DNA of 64,000 nt from Cyanobacteria bacterium auto_48_18 (GCA_036170915.1 JAVHQC010000026.1:64001-128000), one strand, 5' to 3'. Counted from the stretch's first letter, positions 39,702 through 49,977 are shown. Notes: generated from the sequence alone by a model not told the origin. Numbers and translations are program-made.

Positions 39702-40652
39702 ATGATTTTTAAACACCTTACCAAATTATTTGCAATTACCAGCGGCCTTGTTTTAATTAACGGCTTTTTCGGCGCCGCTTACGCCCAGCCGTTAAAAGGC
39801 GGCGTGCTGCAAGAAGATATCAATAGAATTCCCACCCCAACCCTGAATCGCAATGATATTCAGAACAGCGGAGACCCTTTTCAAGGTGCTGCTGGTGACA
39901 ACAACCCGGTAGACATGTTGCAATTGCCTCCTGGCAGTATGGATGTGGAAAAGTTGCGGGCGCCTGCCCCTCCGAAAAAGCCTTTTAAAGTGAATGCCGA
40001 AGAACAGGGCCAGGGTGACTTTAATGGCCAGCAAATGATGCCCATGCCTGAGCAAGTGCCTAATAATCCACCGCCGCAACAACGGCAGCCCTTCCAAAAT
40101 AATATTCAGCAAAACAACGACCCTGACGGTTCGGCTGCCATGCAACTTTTGTGGGATGCCTGGCACAAGCGTGTAGCCGAGACCATCTACGTGAGATTCA
40201 ATAGTCTTGCGCAAATGGCTTTTAAGCGCAGCCAACCCTTAGCCTGTCAAGTCAGCTATATGGTGGCTCGCGATGGCCGGGTAGGTAATGTGCAGCTGCT
40301 GCAAAAAAGCGCTAATCCTATTTTTAACACCATGCTGCTTGGTGTAATTAATTCTATGAACGGTAATCCGGTTCTTGAATATCCTCCCAATTCCCGAAGA
40401 CAGTTTGTAGAAAAGACCGGCACATTCACCTGGAATTATGGACAGAATGGCTTTAAATTTACCACCGGCGATAAAGAGACCATTCCCGGGCAAGGTCAGC
40501 AGCAAATGCGTCCCATGCAGCAACAAATGCAGCAGCCCATGCAACAACAAATGCAGCAGCCCATGCAACAGCAAATGCAGCAGCCTATGCAACAACAGAT
40601 GCAGCGACCTATGCAAATGATGCAGCAGATGCAACAAATGTTCGGCAGGTAA
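39702..40652 (+). CDS. exported protein with TonB/TolA C-terminal-like domain and Q/M-rich tail
   Basis: Signal peptide ending AYA; W..RV..I, VSYMVARDGRVGNVQLLQKS..PIFN pattern. Confidence 0.65.
   Translation: MIFKHLTKLFAITSGLVLINGFFGAAYAQPLKGGVLQEDINRIPTPTLNRNDIQNSGDPFQGAAGDNNPVDMLQLPPGSMDVEKLRAPAPPKKPFKVNAEEQGQGDFNGQQMMPMPEQVPNNPPPQQRQPFQNNIQQNNDPDGSAAMQLLWDAWHKRVAETIYVRFNSLAQMAFKRSQPLACQVSYMVARDGRVGNVQLLQKSANPIFNTMLLGVINSMNGNPVLEYPPNSRRQFVEKTGTFTWNYGQNGFKFTTGDKETIPGQGQQQMRPMQQQMQQPMQQQMQQPMQQQMQQPMQQQMQRPMQMMQQMQQMFGR
40512..40607 (+). repeat. 24-bp coding tandem repeat (PMQQQMQQ x4)
   Basis: CCCATGCAGCAACAAATGCAGCAG-like units read directly. Confidence 0.9.
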
Positions 40653-40663
40653 GTTTTTCTAGA

Positions 40664-42121
40664 ATGAATGGTCACGCATCAATCAATGCTGAAGTAATTT
40701 CGAAATTGATTGCAATAGTCGGTGGCGATTATGTGCTCGATGACAAAGTCGATATTGGCCTTTACGATTGCGACGCTGAGACTTTAGATAAAGCCGCGCC
40801 TGACCTGGTGGTTTTGCCGGCCACAACAGAACAGGTCGCTGCCGTTATAAAGGTTGCCGCTCAACACCATATTCCTGTTTCTCCTCGGGGCGCTGGTACG
40901 GGCCTATCTGGTGGTAGCACTTGTGTGCGTGGTGGCATCAGTCTGGTTTTGACCCGCATGAATCGCATTTTGCATATCGATCCCCTTGAGCGGCTGGCAT
41001 TAGTAGAAGTTGGTGCCACCAATATGTCGGTTTCGCAAGCGGCGGCCAAGCACAATTTGTATTTTGCACCAGACCCCAGCAGTCAGGTTGCCTCAACTAT
41101 TGGCGGCAACATTGCTGAAAATGCCGGCGGCCCTCATACGCTTAAATATGGCATGACCACCCACCATGTTGTGGGGCTAAAAGTCGTTTTAGCCGACGGT
41201 AGCATAGTCACCCTGGGTGGTGCGGCCAGAAGCAGCAACGAAATTGATTTGACAGGATTTTTCATTGGTTCGGAAGGCTTGCTCGGCGTGGCCTGTGAGG
41301 CTCTAGTGAGGCTAATACCAAGACCAGAAAAAATTCAGACTCTGCTTGCTTATTTTGACACTGTGGCTGGTGCTGGTCAGGCGGTATCAGATATAGTGGC
41401 AGCCGGTGTAATTCCTGCGGCCATGGAAATGATTGATCGTCTCACCATTAATGCAGTCGAAGATTATCTGGGCATTGGGCTCAATCGCGAAGCAGCCGCT
41501 CTTTTGATCATAGAATTAGATGGCCCTGCAGCCGGTATTACAGCTCAGCGAAAACTGGTTGAAATAGCCCTCGAAAGAAACAAAGTGCTTTCAATGCGCT
41601 GGGCTGTAGATGCCACTGAAAGATTGGTTATCTGGAAAGCCAGGAAAACATCTTTTGGCGCACTGGGCCGCATTGCTCCCCATGGTTATGTGCTCGATGG
41701 CGTCATTCCGCGCTCACGACTGGCTGAAGTGATCGCAGGCATTGAGGCCATAGGCACTAGACTGAATTTGACCATTGCTAATGTCTATCATGCTGGAGAC
41801 GGTAATCTACATCCGTGCATGCTCTACCATCGCGAAAACGAAGATGAAGTCAGGAGAGTGATGTTAGCCGGCAAAGAAATTTTGGAACTCTGTCTGATGA
41901 TGGGTGGCACTTTATCTGGTGAACACGGCATCGGCATTGAAAAAATGATGGAAATGCCGCTTGCCTTCAGCGAAGTAGATTTGGCAATGATGGCCAAGCT
42001 AAAAGAGGCATTTGATCCTGCTGGAATTCTCAACCCCGGTAAGGTCTTGCCTAATCTAAAAACTTGTGGTGAATCAGGCGCAAGACCGCTTTTAAGACAT
42101 AAGATCATGGCTGGTTGTTGA
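40664..42121 (+). CDS. glcD: FAD-linked oxidase, glycolate oxidase subunit GlcD family
   Basis: RGAGTGLSGG, APDPSSQ, GGNIAENAGG.H.LKYG, HAGDGNLHP, GEHGIG.EK, LNPGK. Confidence 0.85.
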   Translation: MNGHASINAEVISKLIAIVGGDYVLDDKVDIGLYDCDAETLDKAAPDLVVLPATTEQVAAVIKVAAQHHIPVSPRGAGTGLSGGSTCVRGGISLVLTRMNRILHIDPLERLALVEVGATNMSVSQAAAKHNLYFAPDPSSQVASTIGGNIAENAGGPHTLKYGMTTHHVVGLKVVLADGSIVTLGGAARSSNEIDLTGFFIGSEGLLGVACEALVRLIPRPEKIQTLLAYFDTVAGAGQAVSDIVAAGVIPAAMEMIDRLTINAVEDYLGIGLNREAAALLIIELDGPAAGITAQRKLVEIALERNKVLSMRWAVDATERLVIWKARKTSFGALGRIAPHGYVLDGVIPRSRLAEVIAGIEAIGTRLNLTIANVYHAGDGNLHPCMLYHRENEDEVRRVMLAGKEILELCLMMGGTLSGEHGIGIEKMMEMPLAFSEVDLAMMAKLKEAFDPAGILNPGKVLPNLKTCGESGARPLLRHKIMAGC

Positions 42122-42241
42122 GCCACAGCTGCGGGCCCAATTTAGCTTTCGCAAGGTTAATGAAAGATTCAAAAGGCCACAATGGTATAAGGAAGCAATC
42201 AGTTTGCTGTGGCATCCCTAGATTACTAACATCGACCGGTT

Positions 42242-43864
42242 ATGGAAGAAATCAAGAACGAAAGTGAAAAAGCCAGCGGCTCTTTCTTACCTAATTTCAG
42301 CAAAGATTTTCTTGCATCCGTAGTGGTGTTCATTGTGGCGCTGCCGCTATGTATGGGTATTGCTATTGCGTCTGGTGTCGATCCTGCCAAGGGCATCATT
42401 ACTGGCATCATCGGTGGGCTTGTGGTTTCCGCAATTGGTGGCAGCCCCTTACAAGTCAGTGGTCCAGCGGCAGGTCTTGCTGTGCTGGTGCTCGAGCTAA
42501 TACGCGAATATGGTATTGAAAAGTTAGGCTTGATTGTTTTCCTGGCCGGCTTAATCCAAGTAGCTGCTGGTCTATCTCGCTTTGCACCTTGGTTTAGAGC
42601 GGTACCGCCAGCGGTAATTCACGGCATGCTTTCGGGTATCGGCCTTTTGATTATGGCTGCTCAGTTTCATGTGATGGTCGATGATACGCCCAAGGGCAGC
42701 GGCCTGCAGAACATAATGTCGATTCCGATGGCGGTATACAAGGGCCTCAACTGGGTCGGAGGTGAAAGTGCTGACACTACCCACCACACTGCGGCCATAC
42801 TAGGCGTATTGACAATTACATTGCTGGCCCTCTGGCAACGCTTTGCTCGGGGAAAAATGCGCGTACTGCCGGGTTCACTGGTGGCAGTAATAACCACAAC
42901 CGCAGTGGCCTATTGTTTTCATATGGTCGTGCACTACGTAAGTATCCCGAACAATTTGCTTGGGGCAATCACTCCACCCAAACCCGCTGATTTTTCCTGG
43001 CTTTTGAGTTGGAACGTATTTTTCGATGCATTAGCCATCGCCTTTATTGCCACTGCTGAAACTTTGCTTACATGCAGTGCCATCGACAAAATTCATACTG
43101 GACCGCGCACAAATTTCGACCGAGAGCTTATTGGCCAGGGTGTCGGCAACACCTTGTGCGGATTGGTTGGCGGCTTACCGTTGACCGGTGTAATGGTGCG
43201 CAGCGGTGTCAACGTCAACGCCGGCGCTAAAACTAGAATGTCTGCCTGGATGCACGGGCTCTGGATTCTTATTTTTGTGGCAGCTTTTCCTCATATGCTG
43301 GAGCTGATTCCTACTTCCGCTCTTGCTGCTTTGCTTGTGTTTACAGGCTTTAAAATGATCAACTTTAAAATCATCGACGAATTAAAAGTCTATGGGCGCA
43401 CGGAAGCAGCAATTTATGTGATCACTATTATTTTGATTGTCTGCGTTGATCTATTAACCGGTGTGATAGCTGGTGTGATTCTGTCGGTTGCCAAACTACT
43501 TTATATCTTCTCCAGGCTTGATATCAAAATTACTGTCAGCCCTCACGGCAATCGCACTGATGTCTCACTGAATGGCGCTGCAACATTTTTGAGCTTACCG
43601 AGAATTGCTGAAGCCATTGAATCGGTGCGGCCAGATACTGAGCTTCATGTGCACCTGGAAGATCTGCAATACATAGACCATGCTTGCCTCGATACAATGA
43701 TGGGTTGGGATAAGCAACATAGATCGACCGGCGGCACTTTGGTAATGGACTGGGGTACTTTAGGCACAGTCTTTAAAGAGCGTCGCGGCGGCGATCGTGA
43801 GCTTGCCACTCGTGAATTTAGAGCGGTGCGTACAGAAGAGACTGAAGCCAGCGGTCATAGTTAG
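42242..43864 (+). CDS. SulP/SLC26 anion permease with STAS domain
   Basis: VVFIVALPLCMGIAIASG, QVSGPAAG, ELIGQG.GN, YIDH STAS motif. Confidence 0.93.
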   Translation: MEEIKNESEKASGSFLPNFSKDFLASVVVFIVALPLCMGIAIASGVDPAKGIITGIIGGLVVSAIGGSPLQVSGPAAGLAVLVLELIREYGIEKLGLIVFLAGLIQVAAGLSRFAPWFRAVPPAVIHGMLSGIGLLIMAAQFHVMVDDTPKGSGLQNIMSIPMAVYKGLNWVGGESADTTHHTAAILGVLTITLLALWQRFARGKMRVLPGSLVAVITTTAVAYCFHMVVHYVSIPNNLLGAITPPKPADFSWLLSWNVFFDALAIAFIATAETLLTCSAIDKIHTGPRTNFDRELIGQGVGNTLCGLVGGLPLTGVMVRSGVNVNAGAKTRMSAWMHGLWILIFVAAFPHMLELIPTSALAALLVFTGFKMINFKIIDELKVYGRTEAAIYVITIILIVCVDLLTGVIAGVILSVAKLLYIFSRLDIKITVSPHGNRTDVSLNGAATFLSLPRIAEAIESVRPDTELHVHLEDLQYIDHACLDTMMGWDKQHRSTGGTLVMDWGTLGTVFKERRGGDRELATREFRAVRTEETEASGHS

Positions 43865-44032
43865 CGTCTGGGTAAAATCGAGTTAGTAATCTACTGACTT
43901 TACCGCTGCACTACCTGTGGTGGCAGCGTCAATGTTGTCGCTAATTTCAATCGTATTGACTCTGGTTTCAAAATTAGCAACTCAGCAACAACTGAGTAAT
44001 ATCCTTTCGTCTATGAGCAGCAGGCAAGGGGA

Positions 44033-44305
44033 ATGGACATGGACGAGTTCGATTTTAGAGATAATCAACGCAATCGCCAAACGAACAACAGTGATTTGCG
44101 TAATGAGGCGCAGCAGTTGCTGCAAGCGCTATCTCAGGCCGCGAGCACGGCAAGTTCGCTCGGTAAAGCTACAAAAATGCTTGCGATGCTGTCGTCTCTG
44201 CCGCTACCTATACAAAAGGCTGAAGACCAACTCTGCCTTACTACAAGCGGGCTTTTGCCTCAAATACAGCTGATAGAAAGCTTTGAGCCTCTACAGTTTG
44301 TTTAA
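44033..44305 (+). CDS. hypothetical protein
   Basis: 90 aa; AGGGG RBS before ATG; no motif. Confidence 0.4.
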   Translation: MDMDEFDFRDNQRNRQTNNSDLRNEAQQLLQALSQAASTASSLGKATKMLAMLSSLPLPIQKAEDQLCLTTSGLLPQIQLIESFEPLQFV

Positions 44306-44485
44306 CGCACTAGTGATTTTATATCTATTTGGTGTTCATGCTGCCCCTGCTGAAGGCATTCTATATAGATTAATTGTGCGTGAAAATATGCTGATAAACG
44401 GGTATGATCCGGCTGTGAGGTGTTGCGTCCAACCGAAGCTGTCAGCTGCATCAAGCCACTTTTAATCCCTTATGAGGTTCACTGC

Positions 44486-46279
44486 TTGCACGGAAAAGTT
44501 GATTTAGGCAAAGCTAAAGGTCTTAAACAGTCCGAGATTAAGAAGCTAAATCGGTTATTGCAGCAGCGTATACCTAAAGACAAAATCATCACCATCGAGT
44601 TGGCCGATTCTGTTGCTGAGCTCTCGCACGAAACTGGTTATCCGCTTTCGCTTGTGGTCAATCGCCGTGGTCAGGTAGTAAATGTTACTGTCGGTCAGCC
44701 TTTTGAAGTGGACATGCCTGAACTGCGTGGTGTGCGAGTCGGACCCGGCCGGCTTTGCGGCCATCGCATTATTCATACCCGCCTCGACGACCGCAAAGCG
44801 GCCAGTGCTGAGCTCAAAAGCCAGGGGTCAAAAGATACAAGCCAGGGGGCCTCACCCAATAAAGCCAATCCTGAAAAAGAAATTGTTTCCAAAGAGAACT
44901 TACAGTGTCTCGCTCGCAATCGCTTAGATTTGTTGGCGCAAGTGGGAGTTAATCCCGCCGGTACGTTCAGTCGCAGCAAAGGTGAACAGTCGAAGATAGC
45001 CGATGTGGTTCACATTGCTCATTTGCTCCCCGGTCGCGATGCCGAAGGCAAAATTTGGAAAATTATGCCTGGGTCAACAGCTCGGCGTGCTCAAGACGAT
45101 AATTTTGAAGAGCTGATCAGTGCCCTTGAGCAAGAATTTCGCACACAGGCGCCAGGTCTGGCGGTTGCTGAAGGCGAAGAGCGTGCTTATCTAATTGGTC
45201 TGGTAAGCGATGGTACTGATGCCTGGCAGGTTGAAGACGACCTGGACGAGTTGGCACAACTCTCTAGAACTGCGGGAGCCACTGTTTGCGGGCGTCTGAT
45301 GCAAACGCGGCAACAGCCAGACCCTAAATATTTCTTTGGCTCAGGCAAAATGCAGGAAGTCGCCCTTCACATGCAAGAACTGGGCGCAACGCTGCTTGTG
45401 GTTGATCAAGAGTTGACTCCTAATCAGAAGCGCAATATTGAAGAAGTGGTTGGCGTTAAAGTTATTGATCGCACTGAGTTGATTCTCGATATTTTTGCCC
45501 AGCGTGCACAAACCAAAGAAGGAAAATTGCAAGTCGAACTGGCACAAATGAAATATTTATTGCCGCGGCTGATCGGTAAAGGCGACAATCTATCAAGGCT
45601 GGGGGGTGGAATTGGCACCAGGGGCCCAGGAGAAACCAAGCTCGAAATCGATCGCCGGCGTATTCGCGAAAAAATCACTCTGCTTGAAACCGACGCAGAG
45701 CGCATCGGCAATTATCGAGATGTGCAGCGTAAAAGACGCATCAATGAACATTTGCCGGTGGTGGCACTGACCGGTTATACAAACTCCGGTAAATCGACTT
45801 TGCTCAATGCCTTGACCAAAGCCGACGTTTTCACTCAAGACAAATTGTTCGCCACTCTAGATCCAACAACAAGACGAACTACTCTTCCTGATCACAGCCC
45901 TGTGCTTGTGTCCGATACGGTAGGCTTTATCAAGAAATTGCCCACGTCTTTAGTGACGGCTTTTCGCGCCACTCTTGAAGAAGTTGCAGTGGCCGATGTT
46001 CTTGTGCATGTTGTCGATGCTTCGCATCCTAATGTGTTGGAACATATTAGCGCTGTGCACGACGTTCTCAGTGATCTCGGCGCCGTAGATAAACCGATGA
46101 TTACGGTTTTGAATAAGGCCGATATTGTGCGCAAGGAAGATCTGGCATGGTTAGTTGCTCAAGTGCCTAATCCGGTGGTGGCATCTGCAAAAATTCGATT
46201 TGGCTTGGGCACCATTTTGAGCAAAATACAAGAAGTGATTTCAGAGGTTTGTCCCGAGCGGCAGAAATACAGTGCCTGA
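44486..46279 (+). CDS. hflX: GTPase HflX, long N-terminal form
   Basis: DRTELILDIFAQRA, GTRGPGETKLE, GYTNSGKST, LFATLD, DTVGFI, NKAD; probable TTG start after GAGG within ORF 44420..46279. Confidence 0.95.
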   Translation: MHGKVDLGKAKGLKQSEIKKLNRLLQQRIPKDKIITIELADSVAELSHETGYPLSLVVNRRGQVVNVTVGQPFEVDMPELRGVRVGPGRLCGHRIIHTRLDDRKAASAELKSQGSKDTSQGASPNKANPEKEIVSKENLQCLARNRLDLLAQVGVNPAGTFSRSKGEQSKIADVVHIAHLLPGRDAEGKIWKIMPGSTARRAQDDNFEELISALEQEFRTQAPGLAVAEGEERAYLIGLVSDGTDAWQVEDDLDELAQLSRTAGATVCGRLMQTRQQPDPKYFFGSGKMQEVALHMQELGATLLVVDQELTPNQKRNIEEVVGVKVIDRTELILDIFAQRAQTKEGKLQVELAQMKYLLPRLIGKGDNLSRLGGGIGTRGPGETKLEIDRRRIREKITLLETDAERIGNYRDVQRKRRINEHLPVVALTGYTNSGKSTLLNALTKADVFTQDKLFATLDPTTRRTTLPDHSPVLVSDTVGFIKKLPTSLVTAFRATLEEVAVADVLVHVVDASHPNVLEHISAVHDVLSDLGAVDKPMITVLNKADIVRKEDLAWLVAQVPNPVVASAKIRFGLGTILSKIQEVISEVCPERQKYSA

Positions 46280-46297
46280 ATAGGCCAGTGAGGCGAA

Positions 46298-47446
46298 GTG
46301 GTATCAAGTAACTCGGTTGAAGCCAATGAACTCTTGCGCAGAGCATGTCTGAAGCGCGAAGTGGAAGATTTTGCTGGCGCTTTGGCAGATCTGCAAGCTA
46401 CAGGATTGACTGAAGGCGAGCCGGGTTTGGTACTACTGGCGGTGCAGGCGCGTTGCGCTGAGAGAGATGGCAAAGATGCTGTTCGTCATTACGTTGATCA
46501 AATTGAGGTACGTTACAAAGAAATAAAAGCGGTCGCTGCTATTCCGACCATGCTTATCTTCCGTGCCATGTGCGAGCTTGGTCGTGCTCATGCTGCAGCG
46601 CATGATAATGAGCTGGCTGGTCAGACCTTTAGAACGGCTTTAGGCCTGGCCCAGGATGAGTTTGGTAAAGATAGCCTGGAGATGATCTATCCGGCTATTT
46701 GTCTGGCCATGCATCATGAAGAGCAGAAAAGCAATCTTCTGGCTCTAGCACTGGCCCGAGATGCCGTTGATAATTTAAGGCACCGTACCGCTCAGGTCAA
46801 AGATCCATCATTGTTGCTGGCTGGTTTGCTGACTATAAGCAATTGCGCTTTTCTTGAACATCGGTACGCTCTGGCTTTGCAAGCCGCTGAAGAGGCTCTA
46901 GACCTTGTAAGAATGCATTCACTCTCGCCTGACACCGGCGATCGTCTGCAGAAGTGCATAATTGTCAAAATGTTGGCATTGAATAAACTCGATCGCCACC
47001 AGGAAGCCAAAGATACTGGCGAAGTTTTTGTTGAAAAATTAGAAGCGAAATATGGTCGTTATTCGGCCAGATTGCTAGAACCGCTCTGTCACATGGCCTC
47101 TATCTACGACCGCCTTGGTGCCCGCAGCAAATCTGCCAAGGCTCTGGATCAAGCTCTAGTAATTGTTAGTCAAATTGTAGAGGATCGTCCTTTTGAAAAT
47201 ATTGAGCATATGAACGAAGACGGCATCAAAGTTGAAAGCATGCCTTTTAAAGAGTATGAAGTACTTAACCGGCTTTCAGAAAGCTATATTTTGCAGGGCA
47301 AGTTCGTTGAAGCCTTTAAGCTTTACCCAGCCTCAATGCGGGCGCGCTATACCACTTATGTAGCCTCATCCACTAATATTGTTGATATGATGGCAAAGCG
47401 CTTGCAAGAATTCGACGAAGAAAGACAGCGCAAGCAAAAATATTAG
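46298..47446 (+). CDS. TPR-like repeat protein
   Basis: Helical repeats of the type LGRAH..A...FRTAL and MASIY..LG..A..ALDQAL. Confidence 0.65.
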   Translation: MVSSNSVEANELLRRACLKREVEDFAGALADLQATGLTEGEPGLVLLAVQARCAERDGKDAVRHYVDQIEVRYKEIKAVAAIPTMLIFRAMCELGRAHAAAHDNELAGQTFRTALGLAQDEFGKDSLEMIYPAICLAMHHEEQKSNLLALALARDAVDNLRHRTAQVKDPSLLLAGLLTISNCAFLEHRYALALQAAEEALDLVRMHSLSPDTGDRLQKCIIVKMLALNKLDRHQEAKDTGEVFVEKLEAKYGRYSARLLEPLCHMASIYDRLGARSKSAKALDQALVIVSQIVEDRPFENIEHMNEDGIKVESMPFKEYEVLNRLSESYILQGKFVEAFKLYPASMRARYTTYVASSTNIVDMMAKRLQEFDEERQRKQKY

Positions 47447-47454
47447 CTCTTCGC

Positions 47455-48843
47455 TTAAAAGCGCAGATTGCCAATGCCCCGGTAGAGCATACGATTGACA
47501 CTGCGATTAAGTTGTCTGGAGACTTGCTTGCCGGTTTGCGATACTATGCGTGGTGCCCGCATAGGGTGATGAACAGCGGGTCTTCGCACCTGTTGCTGGG
47601 GCACGAATACATTACTGCCGGTATTGTTTAAAGTGCCACTGCCGGTGCTACCAAGGTTTGGATTAAAGACAGCGCCTTTTTGCGGCATGACTGTCTGCAT
47701 CATATTCATAATTGCCGGCATAAAACCAGCCGCGGATCCCTGACTGAAAGCAGGCATAGCCTGCCCACCACCATTTGCGCCCATATTCATACTGGCGCCG
47801 TTGCCCATATTGCCCATATTGCCCATGTTGCCCATGTTTCCCGAAGACTGTACTCCGCCCTGCAATTGTTCTTGCTCAAGTACGTCCCCTAGCAGTGGTG
47901 CTTGCCCAGTAGCTTGCTGTTGACTTTGTCCTGCAGGCCTGAACGAGCTGGGTGGAAAAGCTGGTGGGCTACTGTTGTTATTGTTGAAATTATTACCGCC
48001 ATTACTATTGTTATTTGTTACCGGCGTATTCCATTGCGACTGGTTAGTTTGTTGTGGTGGCTGATAGTTGCCCACACCCTGGCTGGAAAAGGCACCAGCA
48101 TTATTATTATTATTATTATTATTATTGTTTGCTTGTGGCTGTGATCCGCTGTTCGGAGTAACCCACCCCGATGTGCCCATACTGCTACTTTGATTGGCAC
48201 CGCCCATGCCACCACTTACTCCACCGCCCATGCCACCACTTACTCCATTGCCTATGTTACCGCTGTTACCACTCATATCACTGGTATCAGTCGTGCCACC
48301 AGGTGTATTCCAGCCTGATGAGCCGATTTGACCACCAGAATTTGAATTGCCTTGGCTATAATTTGCCGGTGCTTGCGTGTTCGTCACCCAACCCTGACCA
48401 CCTTGCTGCGTGTCTTGGGTAGATTGATCCATGTCGCCACTGGGTTCTACCCAATCGCTGGCGCCTTGCTGGCTGCTCTGCTGTTGGGCACCATTTCCAC
48501 TAGTGCCAGAACCCATCTGCTGCCATTCAGATTGCCCCACAGGCTGTTGTCGTTGTTGAAACTGTACAGGTTGCTGAGTAGAAAATTGAGGTGAACCTTG
48601 CTGTACATTTGGCTTCAGAGGTGCTAATTTGGCCACCGGCTTTTTCACTGCCACCGCAGTTTTTTTAACAGCTGCCTTATTATTTAAGAAGGCACCTGGC
48701 GGTTGATTTGCCCAAGTCTGGCTGTCATTGAACGGATTCTGAGCATTTACTGCTTGTACTGTCAGGCAAGACACTGCCAGACAAGATACGGTCAGAGTGG
48801 CAGCCATAGCCATGGTGCCTGTATGTAATTTGGACCGCTTCAT
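47455..48843 (-). CDS. exported Q/N/G/S-rich low-complexity protein
   Basis: Signal peptide ending VNA; Q/N/G/S/M-dominated body; basic C-terminal tail. Confidence 0.75.
   Translation of the reverse strand: MKRSKLHTGTMAMAATLTVSCLAVSCLTVQAVNAQNPFNDSQTWANQPPGAFLNNKAAVKKTAVAVKKPVAKLAPLKPNVQQGSPQFSTQQPVQFQQRQQPVGQSEWQQMGSGTSGNGAQQQSSQQGASDWVEPSGDMDQSTQDTQQGGQGWVTNTQAPANYSQGNSNSGGQIGSSGWNTPGGTTDTSDMSGNSGNIGNGVSGGMGGGVSGGMGGANQSSSMGTSGWVTPNSGSQPQANNNNNNNNNNAGAFSSQGVGNYQPPQQTNQSQWNTPVTNNNSNGGNNFNNNNSSPPAFPPSSFRPAGQSQQQATGQAPLLGDVLEQEQLQGGVQSSGNMGNMGNMGNMGNGASMNMGANGGGQAMPAFSQGSAAGFMPAIMNMMQTVMPQKGAVFNPNLGSTGSGTLNNTGSNVFVPQQQVRRPAVHHPMRAPRIVSQTGKQVSRQLNRSVNRMLYRGIGNLRF
48100..48126. repeat. (ATT)9 microsatellite encoding most of a poly-Asn tract
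   Basis: Read directly; N10 run in the 47455..48843 protein. Confidence 0.9.
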
Positions 48844-48851
48844 CTTAGCTC

Positions 48852-49940
48852 CTAACGATTGATCATACGATTGATGAGCAGATTCATCATTCCGCCGTTG
48901 TTGTTGTATCCGTATGGGTTGCCGTAGCCATTCATGCCGCCCATGCCGTTCATCATGCCGCCCATGCCGTAACCATTCATGCCACCCATACCGTTCATCA
49001 TGCCGCCCATACCATTCATACCACCAAAGCCGCCTAAGCCGCCCATACTCCCCATCATGTTGTTGCCGCCGAGCATGCGGCCCATCATGCTGGTATTGTT
49101 ACCCATCATGCCGCCCATCATGCCGGTGTTACCACCCAACATGCTGCCAGCCGCACGCGCAGCCATGACAGTACCTAAAGTTTTTACCAGCGCCGAACCC
49201 ACAGCCGCAGCCTTACTCGGCTGTCCAGGGGCTTCGGCTGTTGTAGCCGTCGGGGTTGCGGTATTGTCGTCAAACTCAGTGGGCCAGTTTGGATCGGCCG
49301 CCGCAGGTTGAGTAGCCGCTGGTTGCTGGTCAAATTGATTTTGTTGCACCGAACCTTCTACAGGTGCATTGGTAGACTGTGGTGTGAAGCCACTATTCTG
49401 TTGGTATCCCTGACCTTGGTAATTTCCTGAGGGTTGAAATCCTTGAATCTGGCCTAGCGGCCCACCTTGAGGCTGAAAAGCTGGTGGCTGCTGACCCTGC
49501 TGAGCCTGTTGAAACTGCTGAGATTGATATGCCGGTTGCTGATAGCTTTGCTGCGGATTTCCTTGATAACCTGGTGGTGCCTGCACGGGCTGCTGGAAAT
49601 TGCCAGGCTGCTGATAGTTTTGGGGCTGAAAATTCTGGCCCTGATTAGAATAATTTGGTGCCACTTGCGGTGGCGCCCCATTTTGCAAGGGTACAGAAGA
49701 GTTTGAATTTTGGTATTGATTTTGAATCTGATTTTGATTGACTTGTTGTTGGCTCTGGTTAGTGCTTTGCACAAAGCTACCTGGTGGTGCGTTACCACCT
49801 TGAGCAAGAGTCGGTGCGGCCAAAGTAATGCTCAAGCCAATGCCAGCACTGAGACCGATTGCCATTATTTGCAGCGAAGCGCTCGTCATTGAAACGAGCG
49901 CCTTGCGGATTGCTACTTTCGCACTTTTGCTATTTTGCAT
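48852..49940 (-). CDS. exported Q-rich and G/M/N-rich low-complexity protein
   Basis: Signal peptide ending TLA; Q/P/N-rich N-half; GGMMNGMGGMNG repeats in the C-half. Confidence 0.75.
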   Translation of the reverse strand: MQNSKSAKVAIRKALVSMTSASLQIMAIGLSAGIGLSITLAAPTLAQGGNAPPGSFVQSTNQSQQQVNQNQIQNQYQNSNSSVPLQNGAPPQVAPNYSNQGQNFQPQNYQQPGNFQQPVQAPPGYQGNPQQSYQQPAYQSQQFQQAQQGQQPPAFQPQGGPLGQIQGFQPSGNYQGQGYQQNSGFTPQSTNAPVEGSVQQNQFDQQPAATQPAAADPNWPTEFDDNTATPTATTAEAPGQPSKAAAVGSALVKTLGTVMAARAAGSMLGGNTGMMGGMMGNNTSMMGRMLGGNNMMGSMGGLGGFGGMNGMGGMMNGMGGMNGYGMGGMMNGMGGMNGYGNPYGYNNNGGMMNLLINRMINR

Positions 49941-49977
49941 ACAGGCCTCATTGCCTTTTACTTGTGACCTATATTTG

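Noticed and set aside
40664..42121. glcD without glcE/glcF
   Set aside because: Dispersed glc genes are common and partners may lie outside the window
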